Assembly (NCBI RefSeq): GCF_001194135.2
Contig: NC_068997.1
Span: 49,174,502 to 49,238,501, forward strand
Reading direction: 5' to 3'
DNA from: Octopus bimaculoides
Taxonomy: Eukaryota
Length of the DNA stretch: 64,000 nucleotides
Both the position numbers and the translations under genes were made by a program. Shown in pieces: positions 1 through 11,029 of the stretch (positions are counted from its first letter, which is position 1; each line of letters begins with the position of its first letter). Under the pieces are notes generated by a model. It was not told where the DNA came from, did not search any database, and worked only from the letters and a program-made list of their open reading frames with translations.

Positions 1-119
1 TATAAACTTAAACACCAAGATTTATTGTAAATTTAGAAATTAAAACCCATAAAGCGATCATCGTTCCATAAAAAAAAAACAAAAAAACATCTGGGTAGAA
101 AAACCCATTAGTGGCATCC

Positions 120-150
120 CTGCGTCACACCACCACCACCATCGTCGTAG

Positions 151-196
<46 letters not shown>

Positions 197-536
197 TACA
201 ACAGCAATTCTACTGGAATTTACAATAACAACAAAATCAACGAAGATATCGATTGTCTTTTATTTTCAATATTTTCACAAATTCTTTCTTTTTTTTTTTT
301 TACAAAAATAAACTGTCATGTGTCGGTTATTGTAGGTGCAGTGGTAGCTGTAGTAGTAGTAGTAGTAGTAGTAGTTGTTGTTGTTTTTGTTGTTGTTGTT
401 GTTGTTGTTGTTGTTGCGGTGGTGTTGGCGGTGATTGTTGTGTTTGTTGTGGCGGTTGTTTAAATCTAGTAGTTGTAGTAGTAGTTGCAGTGATATTTTA
501 GTGGGGACTCTGATATGCTGGTTGTAATAGCAGTAA

Positions 537-573
<37 letters not shown>

Positions 574-580
574 GCTGCTG

Positions 581-647
<67 letters not shown>

Positions 648-1660
648 CAGTAGTAGTAGTAGTTGTTGTTGTCGTGTGGTAGCTATAGGGTTGTAGATTT
701 AGTGGTTGTCGATGCGTTGGTTGTAGTATTGGTTCTAGTGCTTGCGGTTGTGGTGCGGTAGTTGTATTGATTGCAGTGTTGGTGGCAGTATTACTTGTTT
801 AATGGTGGTCTGGGTTAGTGTTGTACTGTAAATTGTAGTGTTGGTCGTAGTATGGTTTTTATATAGTGGTGGATTTGATGGTAGTTGTCTTGTGGTAGTT
901 TAGCAGTGGTTGTCGTAGTGTTGTTGTATGGGTGGTGGACTTTGCGGTGGTTATTGTGTTTGTGGTTGTAGTGATTGTGTTTGTGGTTGTAGTGATTGTG
1001 TTTGTGGTGGTTGTGGTTTTGGTGGTGGTGGCGATGATGGTGGTTGTGACGGTATCGGTTGTAGTAATAATTGTTGTAGTAGTGGATGCAGTTGTGGTTT
1101 AGTGATTGTATTGGTGATTGTAGTGTGATTGCAGTACTGTGTTGTAGTACTGAGTGTAGTGGTGATTGCGTTATAGTGGTTATGACGTGGGATATAGTGG
1201 TAATTGTAGTGGTGTGGTGGTTGTAGTTCGTGGTAGTTGTGATGGCGGCAGGGGCTGTTGTGGTAGTAGTGTGTGTGGTTATTGTGATGGTGGTGGTTTT
1301 AGCTCGTGTGATTCTTGTGGATGTAATGCTATTTGTGGTGGTTGTTGTGGTAGTAGTTGTTGTGGTGGTGATATGTTATTGTTGTGGTAGTTGCGGTGGT
1401 GGTTGCTGCATTGGTGATAGTTGCAGTGGTGCTTGTGGCGGTGGTGATTGCGGCACCGGTGGTTTTTGCGGTAGTGGCTCTTGTAGTAGTGGTTTTTGGG
1501 GTTGTCATTGTGGTGGCTGTTGTTGCTATTATAGTGGTTGCTCTGGTGATGGGTTTGTCTTAGTGGTCGCTGCGACCGTGATTGTTGCGTTGTTGCGTTG
1601 TTGCGTTGGAGGTTGTTGCGGTGGTGGTTGTGTATGTGGATGTAGTGGTGGTTGTGTGCT
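120..1660. repeat. Trinucleotide microsatellites and cryptic GTN/TGN low-complexity sequence
   Basis: (CAT)n, (TAG)n, (TTG)n, (ACT)n, (AGT)n, then degenerate GGT/TGT/AGT triplets with frameshifts. Confidence 0.9.
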
Positions 1661-2025
1661 GTAATGTTGACTTAACTGAAGTCCTGTAGTTTCGCTTCTG
1701 TGATGATAACGTATCTATGTCAGTAATGTGCACTCGTGCGTGGCCGTGCGTAAAGGCGAGTGGATGTCTGCGCGCAGTGGTGCAGGTTGCGTAGTTAAAA
1801 CACCTATGATCAAAGGTATTCCAGCCGTGGCCATCACGACTTTTTCCGCTAAGCTAAAGGATATTTCTGAGGGAGACTTGGCTGTTAATTCTAACAGATC
1901 CAGTGGTTACACAAAAGGCTCCCTTATTGGCTCGGATAGTGCTTTGTAGAGTTGGGTAAGGTCTAGTGGTGGTAAGGTACGGCGGTGGAGTGTGGTTGTA
2001 GTATGTAGGGATTTGTTTCATGAAA

Positions 2026-2080
<55 letters not shown>

Positions 2081-4753
2081 TAGTGTCAGAATGGTACTGA
2101 ATGGTGGTTGAAAATGNNNNNNNNNNNNNNNNNNNNNNNNNNNNNNNNNNNNNNNNNNNNNNNNNNNNNNNNNNNNNNNNNNNNNNNNNNNNNNNNNNNN
2201 NNNNNNNNNNNNNNNNNNNNNNNNNNNNNNNNNNNNNNNNNNNNNNNNNNNNNNNNNNNNNNNNNNNNNNNNNNNNNNNNNNNNNNNNNNNNNNNNNNNN
2301 NNNNNNNNNNNNNNNNNNNNNNNNNNNNNNNNNNNNNNNNNNNNNNNNNNNNNNNNNNNNNNNNNNNNNNNNNNNNNNNNNNNNNNNNNNNNNNNNNNNN
2401 NNNNNNNNNNNNNNNNNNNNNNNNNNNNNNNNNNNNNNNNNNNNNNNNNNNNNNNNNNNNNNNNNNNNNNNNNNNNNNNNNNNNNNNNNNNNNNNNNNNN
2501 NNNNNNNNNNNNNNNNNNNNNNNNNNNNNNNNNNNNNNNNNNNNNNNNNNNNNNNNNNNNNNNNNNNNNNNNNNNNNNNNNNNNNNNNNNNNNNNNNNNN
2601 NNNNNNNNNNNNNNNNNNNNNNNNNNNNNNNNNNNNNNNNNNNNNNNNNNNNNNNNNNNNNNNNNNNNNNNNNNNNNNNNNNNNNNNNNNNNNNNNNNNN
2701 NNNNNNNNNNNNNNNNNNNNNNNNNNNNNNNNNNNNNNNNNNNNNNNNNNNNNNNNNNNNNNNNNNNNNNNNNNNNNNNNNNNNNNNNNNNNNNNNNNNN
2801 NNNNNNNNNNNNNNNNNNNNNNNNNNNNTATATATATATATATATGTACATATATACATATAAGAGGGATGACCACTAAGCGGACATCCATTATGCTAGC
2901 AGTAGACCACCTATGCTCTGACCACTAAGAAGAGATTGTTCTATATATACATACATATGTGTGTGTGTGTGTGTGGATAAGTAGGGACATTCTTTGTATG
3001 TTACTTGTCCTGTTTTCCATTCGTTTCGCTTCTTGTTTGCGTATTGAACTCATTTGTTCTCGTTTACTCTTTGTAACGACCTGTACCCAAATTATACATA
3101 TACGCATATGTATTTACACACACACACACATANNNNNNNNNNNNNNNNNNNNNNNNNNNNNNNNNNNNNNNNNNNNNNNNNNNNNNNNNNNNNNNNNNNN
3201 NNNNNNNNNNNNNNNNNNNNNNNNNNNNNNNNNNNNNNNNNNNNNNNNNNNNNNNNNNNNNNNNNNNNNNNNNNNNNNNNNNNNNNNNNNNNNNNNNNNT
3301 ATGTATGTATGTATGTATGTATGTATGTATGTATGTATGTATGTATATACAGACACACAACACCATTTAATTTTTCTTCATGCAAACGTATATATGTAAA
3401 TTATATCTCTGCAAATCACCAGTTCTTCTGACAAATAACTAACTGTGAAACTGGATCAATTCTCAAAAACCTCAGTTCAAATATAAAATAAAAGTTACAC
3501 GAGTTTTCAACGACTGTAGTTCTTTGTCGTTTACAAAACTGCAAATGCTGGCGTGTGAGTTCATGCGTGCGTACATGTATGTATGTATGTATGTATGTAT
3601 GTATGTATGTATGTATGTCTGTATGTCTGTATGTATGTATGTATGTATGTATTGAAAGATACAGAAATATTTCTTTTGTTTTTATTCTCAAACGCGTGAT
3701 AATGCTACTAAATAGCGTGATCAGTTAAAGCTGGCCGGTAACGTATTTTTCTGCATTATATATGTATACCGACGTATATNNNNNNNNNNNNNNNNNNNNN
3801 NNNNNNNNNNNNNNNNNNNNNNNNNNNNNNNNNNNNNNNNNNNNNNNNNNNNNNNNNNNNNNNNNNNNNNNNNNNNNNNNNNNNNNNNNNNNNNNNNNNN
3901 NNNNNNNNNNNNNNNNNNNNNNNNNNNNNNNNNNNNNNNNNNNNNNNNNNNNNNNNNNNNNNNNNNNNNNNNNNNNNNNNNNNNNNNNNNNNNNNNNNNN
4001 NNNNNNNNNNNNNNNNNNNNNNNNNNNNNNNNNNNNNNNNNNNNNNNNNNNNNNNNNNNNNNNNNNNNNNNNNNNNNNNNNNNNNNNNNNNNNNNNNNNN
4101 NNNNNNNNNNNNNNNNNNNNNNNNNNNNNNNNNNNNNNNNNNNNNNNNNNNNNNNNNNNNNNNNNNNNNNNNNNNNNNNNNNNNNNNNNNNNNNNNNNNN
4201 NNNNNNNNNNNNNNNNNNNNNNNNNNNNNNNNNNNNNNNNNNNNNNNNNNNNNNNNNNNNNNNNNNNNNNNNNNNNNNNNNNNNNNNNNNNNNNNNNNNN
4301 NNNNNNNNNNNNNNNNNNNNNNNNNNNNNNNNNNNNNNNNNNNNNNNNNNNNNNNNNNNNNNNNNNNNNNNNNNNNNNNNNNNNNNNNNNNNNNNNNNNN
4401 NNNNNNNNNNNNNNNNNNNNNNNNNNNNNNNNNNNNNNNNNNNNNNNNNNNNNNNNNNNNNNNNNNNNNNNNNNNNNNNNNNNNNNNNNNNNNNNNNNNN
4501 NNNNNNNNNNNNNNNNNNNNNNNNNNNNNNNNNNNNNNNNNNNNNNNNNNNNNNNNNNNNNNNNNNNNNNNNNNNNNNNNNNNNNNNNNNNNNNNNNNNN
4601 NNNNNNNNNNNNNNNNNNNNNNNNNNNNNNNNNNNNNNNNNNNNNNNNNNNNNNNNNNNNNNNNNNNNNNNNNNNNNNNNNNNNNNNNNNNNNNNNNNNN
4701 NNNNNNNNNNNNNNNNNNNNNNNNNNNNNNNNNNNNNNNNNNNNNNNNNNNNN

Positions 4754-4787
<34 letters not shown>

Positions 4788-5772
4788 GAGAAGAATCTGG
4801 ATGTGCGTATGATTCATTGTGGAATTCGCTATTGTGTCTGCCGACATACTCTTCCGTATGCAAACCATGCACAATTCTTTATAAATGACAATTATTTACA
4901 TTCAAAATATATTTATTCAAAATCTTTCTCTAGGCCACATTGTTGCAGAAATGAATTGAAGTTCCACATTTATTGAAACGGTAATTTTAGCTGATTATTT
5001 GGTATAAATAGGGGGGTTTTTTGGGGTGGGGGTAAGACAAAAAGTGATGTTTCCTTCTTCCGTTTGTTGATAAAAAAATGTACGCTTCATCAATTACAAT
5101 TAAGTGTGCGTCTGGAAAATATAGTCCCAGTGGATGTACTACGAATATATAGAAAATGTAATTGTGATAAACTGTTGAAATATTTCAGTTTAGACATAAG
5201 AAAAAATTACAAAGGCAGAAAAGAAAGGAAAAATCATTTAAGAAATAATTAAATTCACGGGAGGTTACTCTCGAAGCTTAAATAAGGTGATTAGAGTGAT
5301 CTCCCTTGATACGTTAGTCTGTATGTATTTTTTAATATTGTCTATATAAATGGTGGTAGAATTTCTGCCTTTCTTTTGTAATATTAACGTTTCGTCTGCT
5401 TCTTTCTCCGTCTCTCATACACACAGACACACAGATGCATGCACGATACGCTAAACATACACATGAACAGACAAACGTATAAATCGTGTTCCAGTGAATA
5501 TACTACGGATATATAGAAAAGATAATTGTTATCAATAAAACGATCAAATATTTCATTTGAGATTTAAACTAGAAAAATCTGAAAATAATAAATTTGGAGA
5601 TATTCAGGGTGAGTAACTCTGATGGTTGAAAGGATATAGAGTTCTCGCCCTTGATATGTATTATTTTTTTCTGTCTTTTATATTTTTTTTATTATATACC
5701 TACGATGGTGATAGCTTTCGGTTCTGGTTAACTCCGTATATTTCCTTTTTTATGGAAATAATTCTTCACATT

Positions 5773-5789
5773 CTCTCATTCTCTCTCTA

Positions 5790-5822
<33 letters not shown>

Positions 5823-5864
5823 TTCTCTTTCTCTCTCTCTCTCTCTCTCTTCCATCCTTTCTTC

Positions 5865-5922
<58 letters not shown>

Positions 5923-5953
5923 CTTTCTTTTTCTCTCTTTCTTAGTCTCTCTC

Positions 5954-5984
<31 letters not shown>

Positions 5985-6022
5985 CGCGTTCTCTCTCTTT
6001 CACTCTCTCTCTTTATTTCTTC

Positions 6023-6079
<57 letters not shown>

Positions 6080-6432
6080 TTTCTTTCTTCCTTTCTTTCT
6101 TTCCTTCTTTCTTTCACTCTCTCTCTCTTTCTTACTTCCTCTCTCTCTTTCTTTGTCTTTCTTTCATTCTTTCTTTCTTTCTTTCTTTCTTCCTTTCTTT
6201 CTTTGTTTCTGTCTTCCTTTCTTTCTTTCTTCCTTTCTTTCTTTCTTTCTTTCACTCTCTTTCTTTCTTTCTTCCTTTCTTTCTTTCTTTCTTTCTTTAT
6301 TTCTTTCTTTCTTTCTTTCTTTCTTTGTCTTTCTTTATTTCTTTCTTCCTTTCTTTCTTTCTTCCTTTCTTTCTTTCTTTCTTTCACTCTCTCTCTTTCT
6401 TACTTCCTCTCTCTCTTTCTTTCATTCTTTCG

Positions 6433-6463
<31 letters not shown>

Positions 6464-6606
6464 TTTCTTTCTTTGTTTCTGTCTTCCTTTCTTTCTTTCT
6501 TCCTTTCTTTCTTTCTTTCTTTCACTCTCTTTCTTTCTTTCTTTCTTTCTTTCTTTCACTCTCTTTCTTTCTTTCTTTCTTCCTTCCTTTCTTTCTTTCT
6601 TTCTTC

Positions 6607-6674
<68 letters not shown>
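5773..6674 (+). repeat. ~900-bp (CT)n/(CTTT)n polypyrimidine tract
   Basis: Almost exclusively C/T, with an internal ~165 bp duplication (~6112-6275 vs ~6381-6535). Confidence 0.95.
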
Positions 6675-6826
6675 ATAGCAATCTAGACCTTTACTTCAAC
6701 CCCCACCCCCGTACAACGTTTCAGTGTTTCTCTCTGTGCGTCGGACACTTCTTATCAACAAAAACAAAAACAACAACAACAACCACATCCCCCACTCTAC
6801 ATCGTCTTCCCCCTCCACCTTCATTG

Positions 6827-6980
6827 CTACACACATCTACTCCGGTGACGTTCCCCCACAGATATCATTTCCTCTCTCTGCCTCTTTGCTTTCACGTCAT
6901 ATTCAATTTCCTTCTTCCTGACAGATCTTGCATTCTGCTGGGTTTCTTCCAGAACTGAACCCGTGATCTTGCTGTTTGAG
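6827..6980 (-). CDS. Candidate terminal exon 4
   Basis: Acceptor TTTTTTTACTATATTTCTATACGCAG|, phase 2. Reads SNSKITGSVLEETQQNARSVRKKEIEYDVKAKRQREEMISVGERHRSRCV then TAG at 6829-6827. No strong donor precedes the stop. Confidence 0.55.
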
Positions 6981-7283
6981 CTGCGTATAGAAATATAGTA
7001 AAAAAACAGAAGACTATTATAAATATAAGATGTTTGGATGACAACGTATAAAACAAGGTAAAATGGAGACCACCTCCCCCTTGTGGGATGGAGTTAAAAA
7101 ATATTAGACAGAGAACACCACTGGAAAATGAGAAAACTAAAAGAAGCAGCACATATTCATGAGCACAACAACCTCCTAAGCAGACCGAGTGCAGATATGA
7201 ATAGCATATGGGAACCGGTACTAAGGAAGGATAGGAAAATATTAGATTTATAAGCCCTAAAATTCACTCCATAATTGCCCACA

Positions 7284-7342
7284 GCATACGTAGTGGTTAA
7301 GAGCACGGGCTACTAACCCCAAGATTCCGAGTTCGATTGCAA
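7284..7342 (+). mobile_element. Truncated tRNA-like SINE head (not a tRNA gene)
   Basis: A-box TAGTGGTTAAG and B-box GAGTTCGATT. No complete acceptor stem. Confidence 0.65.
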
Positions 7343-7362
7343 GCATGTATATACAGAGAAAG

Positions 7363-7431
<69 letters not shown>

Positions 7432-7514
7432 TAGATCGATAGATAGATAGATAGATAGCAGAATATTAAATAAAGTACGAGTAAGGCAGAAAAATGTAGC
7501 TGTAGGGTGGATAG

Positions 7515-8075
7515 ATTACAGGATGGCTTACGACAACGTCCCATACTGTTGGCTCTTGGAGTGTCTGAGAACGCCCAGAGTAAATGAGAAGAGAAACAAC
7601 TTCCTTGAGAAAGCAATAAGAGTGTGGGAAGTAGAACTGCCACGAGAAAAAGTGAGGGTGTTCAGTAAAGCTATTGGAATGGAACCTAGAGTAGATAAGT
7701 GCGCTGTTCTAATTATGAAGAGACCTAATCACAAAGAGAGCCTGGAAGATAAACTTTGATAGCATAAATTTATCACAAAACAACATTATTAGATCATTGT
7801 GGCGTAATGAGGGATACAAATATCTAGGAGTGCAGCAAAACGATAGTATAATGGAAGGAGAAACGAGAAGGAAAGTTACGAAAAAGTACAAGGAGAGAAA
7901 TAGGAAGGTGAGCAAAACAAAATTAAATGACGGGAACATTATTAAGGTCACAAATATATGGGGCTATGCCAGAATTGAAATCCTTTGCTCCCTTTCTGAA
8001 ATAGACAAAAGCTGAGCTACAGAACCAGGATACAAGAACGAGAAAGCTGCTCACATTACACAACGCATCCTCATT
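7515..8075 (+). mobile_element. Decayed R4/Dong-like non-LTR retrotransposon RT fragment
   Basis: Frameshifted peptides AYDNVPYCWLLECL, VRVFSKAIGMEPRVDKCAVLIMKR, EGYKYLGVQQND and KTKLNDGNIIKVTNIW resemble R4-clade RT motifs (AYDSVPHSW, DIGMEFGLDKCA, YKYLG, KLNGGNLIKAINTW). Confidence 0.8.
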
Positions 8076-8120
8076 CTCTATCACAGGTTCTGGTTTGTGT
8101 TCATACCACTTTAAATGTAT

Positions 8121-8256
8121 ACATATATGCAGTTATGCATACATGCATAGATATATGCAGTTATGCATACGTGCATACATATATGCAGTTGTGCATACAC
8201 GCATAAATATATGCAGTTATGCATACATGCATATATGCAGTTATGCATACATGCAT
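8121..8256 (+). repeat. 28-bp minisatellite, ~5 copies
   Basis: Unit ACATATATGCAGTTATGCATACATGCAT; the last copy is 24 bp. Confidence 0.9.
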
Positions 8257-8348
8257 ATATACATACATCAGCTGAAGACTCATTAAATACAGGGTTTAAA
8301 AGTATACAAAATTTTACAATAAAGATATGAGTAAATAATACAACTTAC

Positions 8349-8415
8349 TGGTTTTCCATCTGTTGGGTTGTCACACATTTTGTAATGCACTTCTTGGTAA
8401 TAACATCTTGTGTTT
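8349..8415 (-). CDS. Candidate exon 3
   Basis: 67 nt, phase 1 to 2. Acceptor TTCTCTCTTCTCCAG|, donor CCA|GTAAGT. Reads (E)TQDVITKKCITKCVTTQQMEN(H) in frame with exons 2 and 4. Confidence 0.6.
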
Positions 8416-8899
8416 CTGGAGAAGAGAGAATGGTGTCATCCGTCATCTTTGAGATTAAAACTTGTTCATGTATGAAGATATAGACCAGATGGTTCATTTG
8501 TAACTTCGTAACATTAGCATGACTTGGTAAATGACTTCTGCGCAGATTTTCGAAAACGAGAGAAACATTTGCTTGTTTCTTTACATTTACGTAGAATAAA
8601 TAATAATTGTTTTCTCTAAAAGAATTAACAAGTAAAAGAAGATGAAGTTTTCAGATGTGAGAGGGTGAACAAGATGATATTCGTTGTTGCGAGAATACCA
8701 TCGAAGCTTAGACTCAGTTTTCTAGTTTTGATAATATCTTTTATAATTAATTTTAGCTCTGTAGTTGAGATGGTGATACATCATTACCACATCTAGATCC
8801 ACTACAATCGCCGCCACCACTACCACCACCATCTTCTTTTGACATCTCTGTCTTTTAGCTAGCATGTGGTGAGGGATGATTTGAAAGGAACCATGGGTT

Positions 8900-9025
8900 G
8901 GAGGAATGCACCAAGCTCCAATATTTTGCCCTGTTTTCTAAGGCTGGATGCCCTTCCTAACACCGACAACATTACAGAGTACACTGGATGCTTTCCTGTG
9001 TCACAAGTACTAGCGAGTTCACCAT
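8900..9025 (+). mobile_element. SINE/LINE 3'-end fragment
   Basis: GGCTGGATGCCCTTCCTAAC motif, which I recognise from RTE-related retroposon tails. Confidence 0.5.
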
Positions 9026-9276
9026 GTTTTGTTCGCAACACTTATACCCGCTTCTGCAGGGTTGGATTACATTAGAGGGTGAATCAGTTTTAGGCTAGAT
9101 GATGAGAGCTGAAAGCACATAACAGGTTTCTTGCTGTAGAGAGAATACATATATACTTGTATTATACAAAAAGGGGCAGGAGTAAATGAAGTGGGGCTAA
9201 AAAGGGAGATAAAGATAGAATTGGCAAGATATCAAGATGGGCCCTGATATATATATATATATATATATATAACTAA

Positions 9277-9345
9277 AATGGGAACAAAAGCAGCCAAAGT
9301 TCTTGCAAACCTAGTAGTGGAGTATTGAATATTTACTATATATCA

Positions 9346-9407
<62 letters not shown>

Positions 9408-9690
9408 AACTACTACTACTACTACTACTACAGAATTATGAATACACATTTTACCAATTTATAGGAGAGAATTGAAACAAATATTTAGATGACTGCTTTA
9501 TCCTTTCGAATGAATGTATTTATAATACATCCGAATTTAAAAGACGCTTCAATAGAATAAATACAAACATTCAATTTAATGTGGAATACAGCAAAGAGAA
9601 AGTTTCGTGTTTTGGTATTTTAATTTTAAAATGTCGATGACCAAATTGAAAACGCGATCCATTTTCAATCCACAGATTCATTAAATAAAC
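9277..9690 (+). mobile_element. Decayed Penelope-like RT fragment split by a (TAC)n array
   Basis: MGTKAAKVLANL, then after the TAC array (~9345-9432) KYLDDCFIL...FNRINTNIQFNVEYSKEK, resembling the Penelope MGT..AP.YANL, RYLDDCFI and IKFTME motifs. Confidence 0.7.
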
Positions 9691-9870
9691 ACCCGCTGTG
9701 TGATGCAAATACCAGGGACCTTCAACTTGATGAACTTAAAAATATATTAGTCGAGTGACATTGTTAATCTTCACTGATAGATGATGATCTAAAACGTGCA
9801 AAGTGAATTGATGTCCAAACACCACGAGAAATAAAACGGAACAACACAACTAATTTTAAAATAATACCTC

Positions 9871-10019
9871 ATGTGTAGTAAGTAGCTTGCTTATCCACCG
9901 CATGGTTACGGATTCAGTTCCACTGCGTGACAACTTGGGCAAGTGTCTTCTACTATAGCCTCGGGATAACCAAAGCCTTGTGAGTGGATTTGGTAGATGG
10001 AAACTGAAAGAAGCCCGTC

Positions 10020-10051
<32 letters not shown>

Positions 10052-10250
10052 NNNNNNNNNNNNNNNNNNNNNNNNNNNNNNNNNNNTACGTATCCACAAA
10101 TTAGCGGTTCAGCAAAATAGACCGATAGAATAAGTATTAGGGTTACAAAGAATAAGTCCTGGGGTCGATTTCTTCGACTAAAGGCGGTGCTCCAGCTTGG
10201 CCGCAGTCAAATGACTGAAACAAGTAAAAGAATAAAAGAATAAAAGAATA
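9871..10250 (+). mobile_element. Composite tRNA-derived SINE family A/C, near full length
   Basis: tRNA-like head, CORE-like TTGGGCAAGTGTC, CAAAGCCTTGTGAGTGGATTTGG...GAAAGAAGCCCGTCG, internal (TA)n plus gap, 3' module TTAGCGGTTC...GGTGCTCCAGC..GGCCGCAGTC, tail (AAAGAATA)n. Confidence 0.85.
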
Positions 10251-10323
10251 TATGTGTGTGTATGCATGTCTATCTATGCATGTATATATAATTTTCGTAA
10301 GGGAAAGTCCTTTTATAACGTAC

Positions 10324-10617
10324 CTTTAAATTTTTTCCTCGCCTTCTTCTTACGTTTTAATTTCTTCCTTTTCTTCTTTGAACCTTTTAACTTCAGTGTG
10401 TGATTGTGGTGTATTTTATAGCGGACGGACGTCTGGTCTACATACAGTTTTTCGGACACGGTATCAGTTTTGTCTTGGGTATCCGGGTTGTAACTTTCTG
10501 TTAACTTACGGTTCATATACACCTGTCCTCTGTTTCCTGGCGAAAGATGTTCTTCGCGAATTCTGTTCGGCTCCCGACCGTTTTCTTTGCCATTCACTTT
10601 GAAATTCATTTTCTTAC
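10324..10617 (-). CDS. Candidate exon 2; hydrophilic with a Lys/Arg-rich tract
   Basis: 294 nt, phase 1 to 1. Acceptor TTTATTGCAG|, donor AAAG|GTACGT. Only one frame is open: GKKMNFKVNGKENGREPNRIREEHLSPG...KLKGSKKKRKKLKRKKKARKKFK. Non-repetitive sequence. Confidence 0.65.
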
Positions 10618-10692
10618 CTGCAATAAACAATTTGTATACATATATTTGTACACCACGTGACATGGAGTGTTTTGTTCAAGAACACAACGCAC

Positions 10693-10780
10693 CATATCGT
10701 CTCGAAATTGAAACCACGATCACTAGCAACACTAAACCATGCGCCATCCTGACTGTAACTGCCCGAAACAGTAAGGACAT
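10693..10780 (-). CDS. Candidate exon 1 of a 4-exon orphan gene; signal-peptide-like leader
   Basis: ATG at 10780 (second ATG at 10747) reads [29 protein letters not shown](G), with hydrophobic core [10 protein letters not shown]. Donor ATG|GTGCGT in phase 1, then a 75-nt intron ending TTGTTTATTGCAG. Confidence 0.55.
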
Positions 10781-10899
10781 CTGGTATCTTGACTGAACAC
10801 ACGAATGACCCGTCCTTTTTTCCCCCTGTTGTTTTTCCTGTCCGCTTTTGTATCGTCTATCAGTCCGAATGTTTTATTGTCCTTTATTGCGTTTTTGTT

Positions 10900-10937
<38 letters not shown>

Positions 10938-10992
10938 TAATATATATATGTGTGTGTGTGCGTGTGTGTGCGTGTGTGTGTGTGTATGTATG

Positions 10993-11029
<37 letters not shown>

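Noticed and set aside
928-1664. Gly/Cys-rich plus-strand ORFs resembling keratin-associated or metallothionein proteins, and a Thr-rich mucin-like antisense reading
   Set aside because: They arise from degenerate GGT/TGT triplet repeats, with overlapping open frames, frameshifts and no clear boundaries.
5626-6958. 350-aa Ser/Phe/Leu ORF and antisense Lys/Glu/Arg ORFs
   Set aside because: Translation of the (CTTT)n tract.
7284-7342. tRNA gene candidates (also at 40990 and 57491)
   Set aside because: A and B boxes are present but there is no complete cloverleaf; they are SINE heads.
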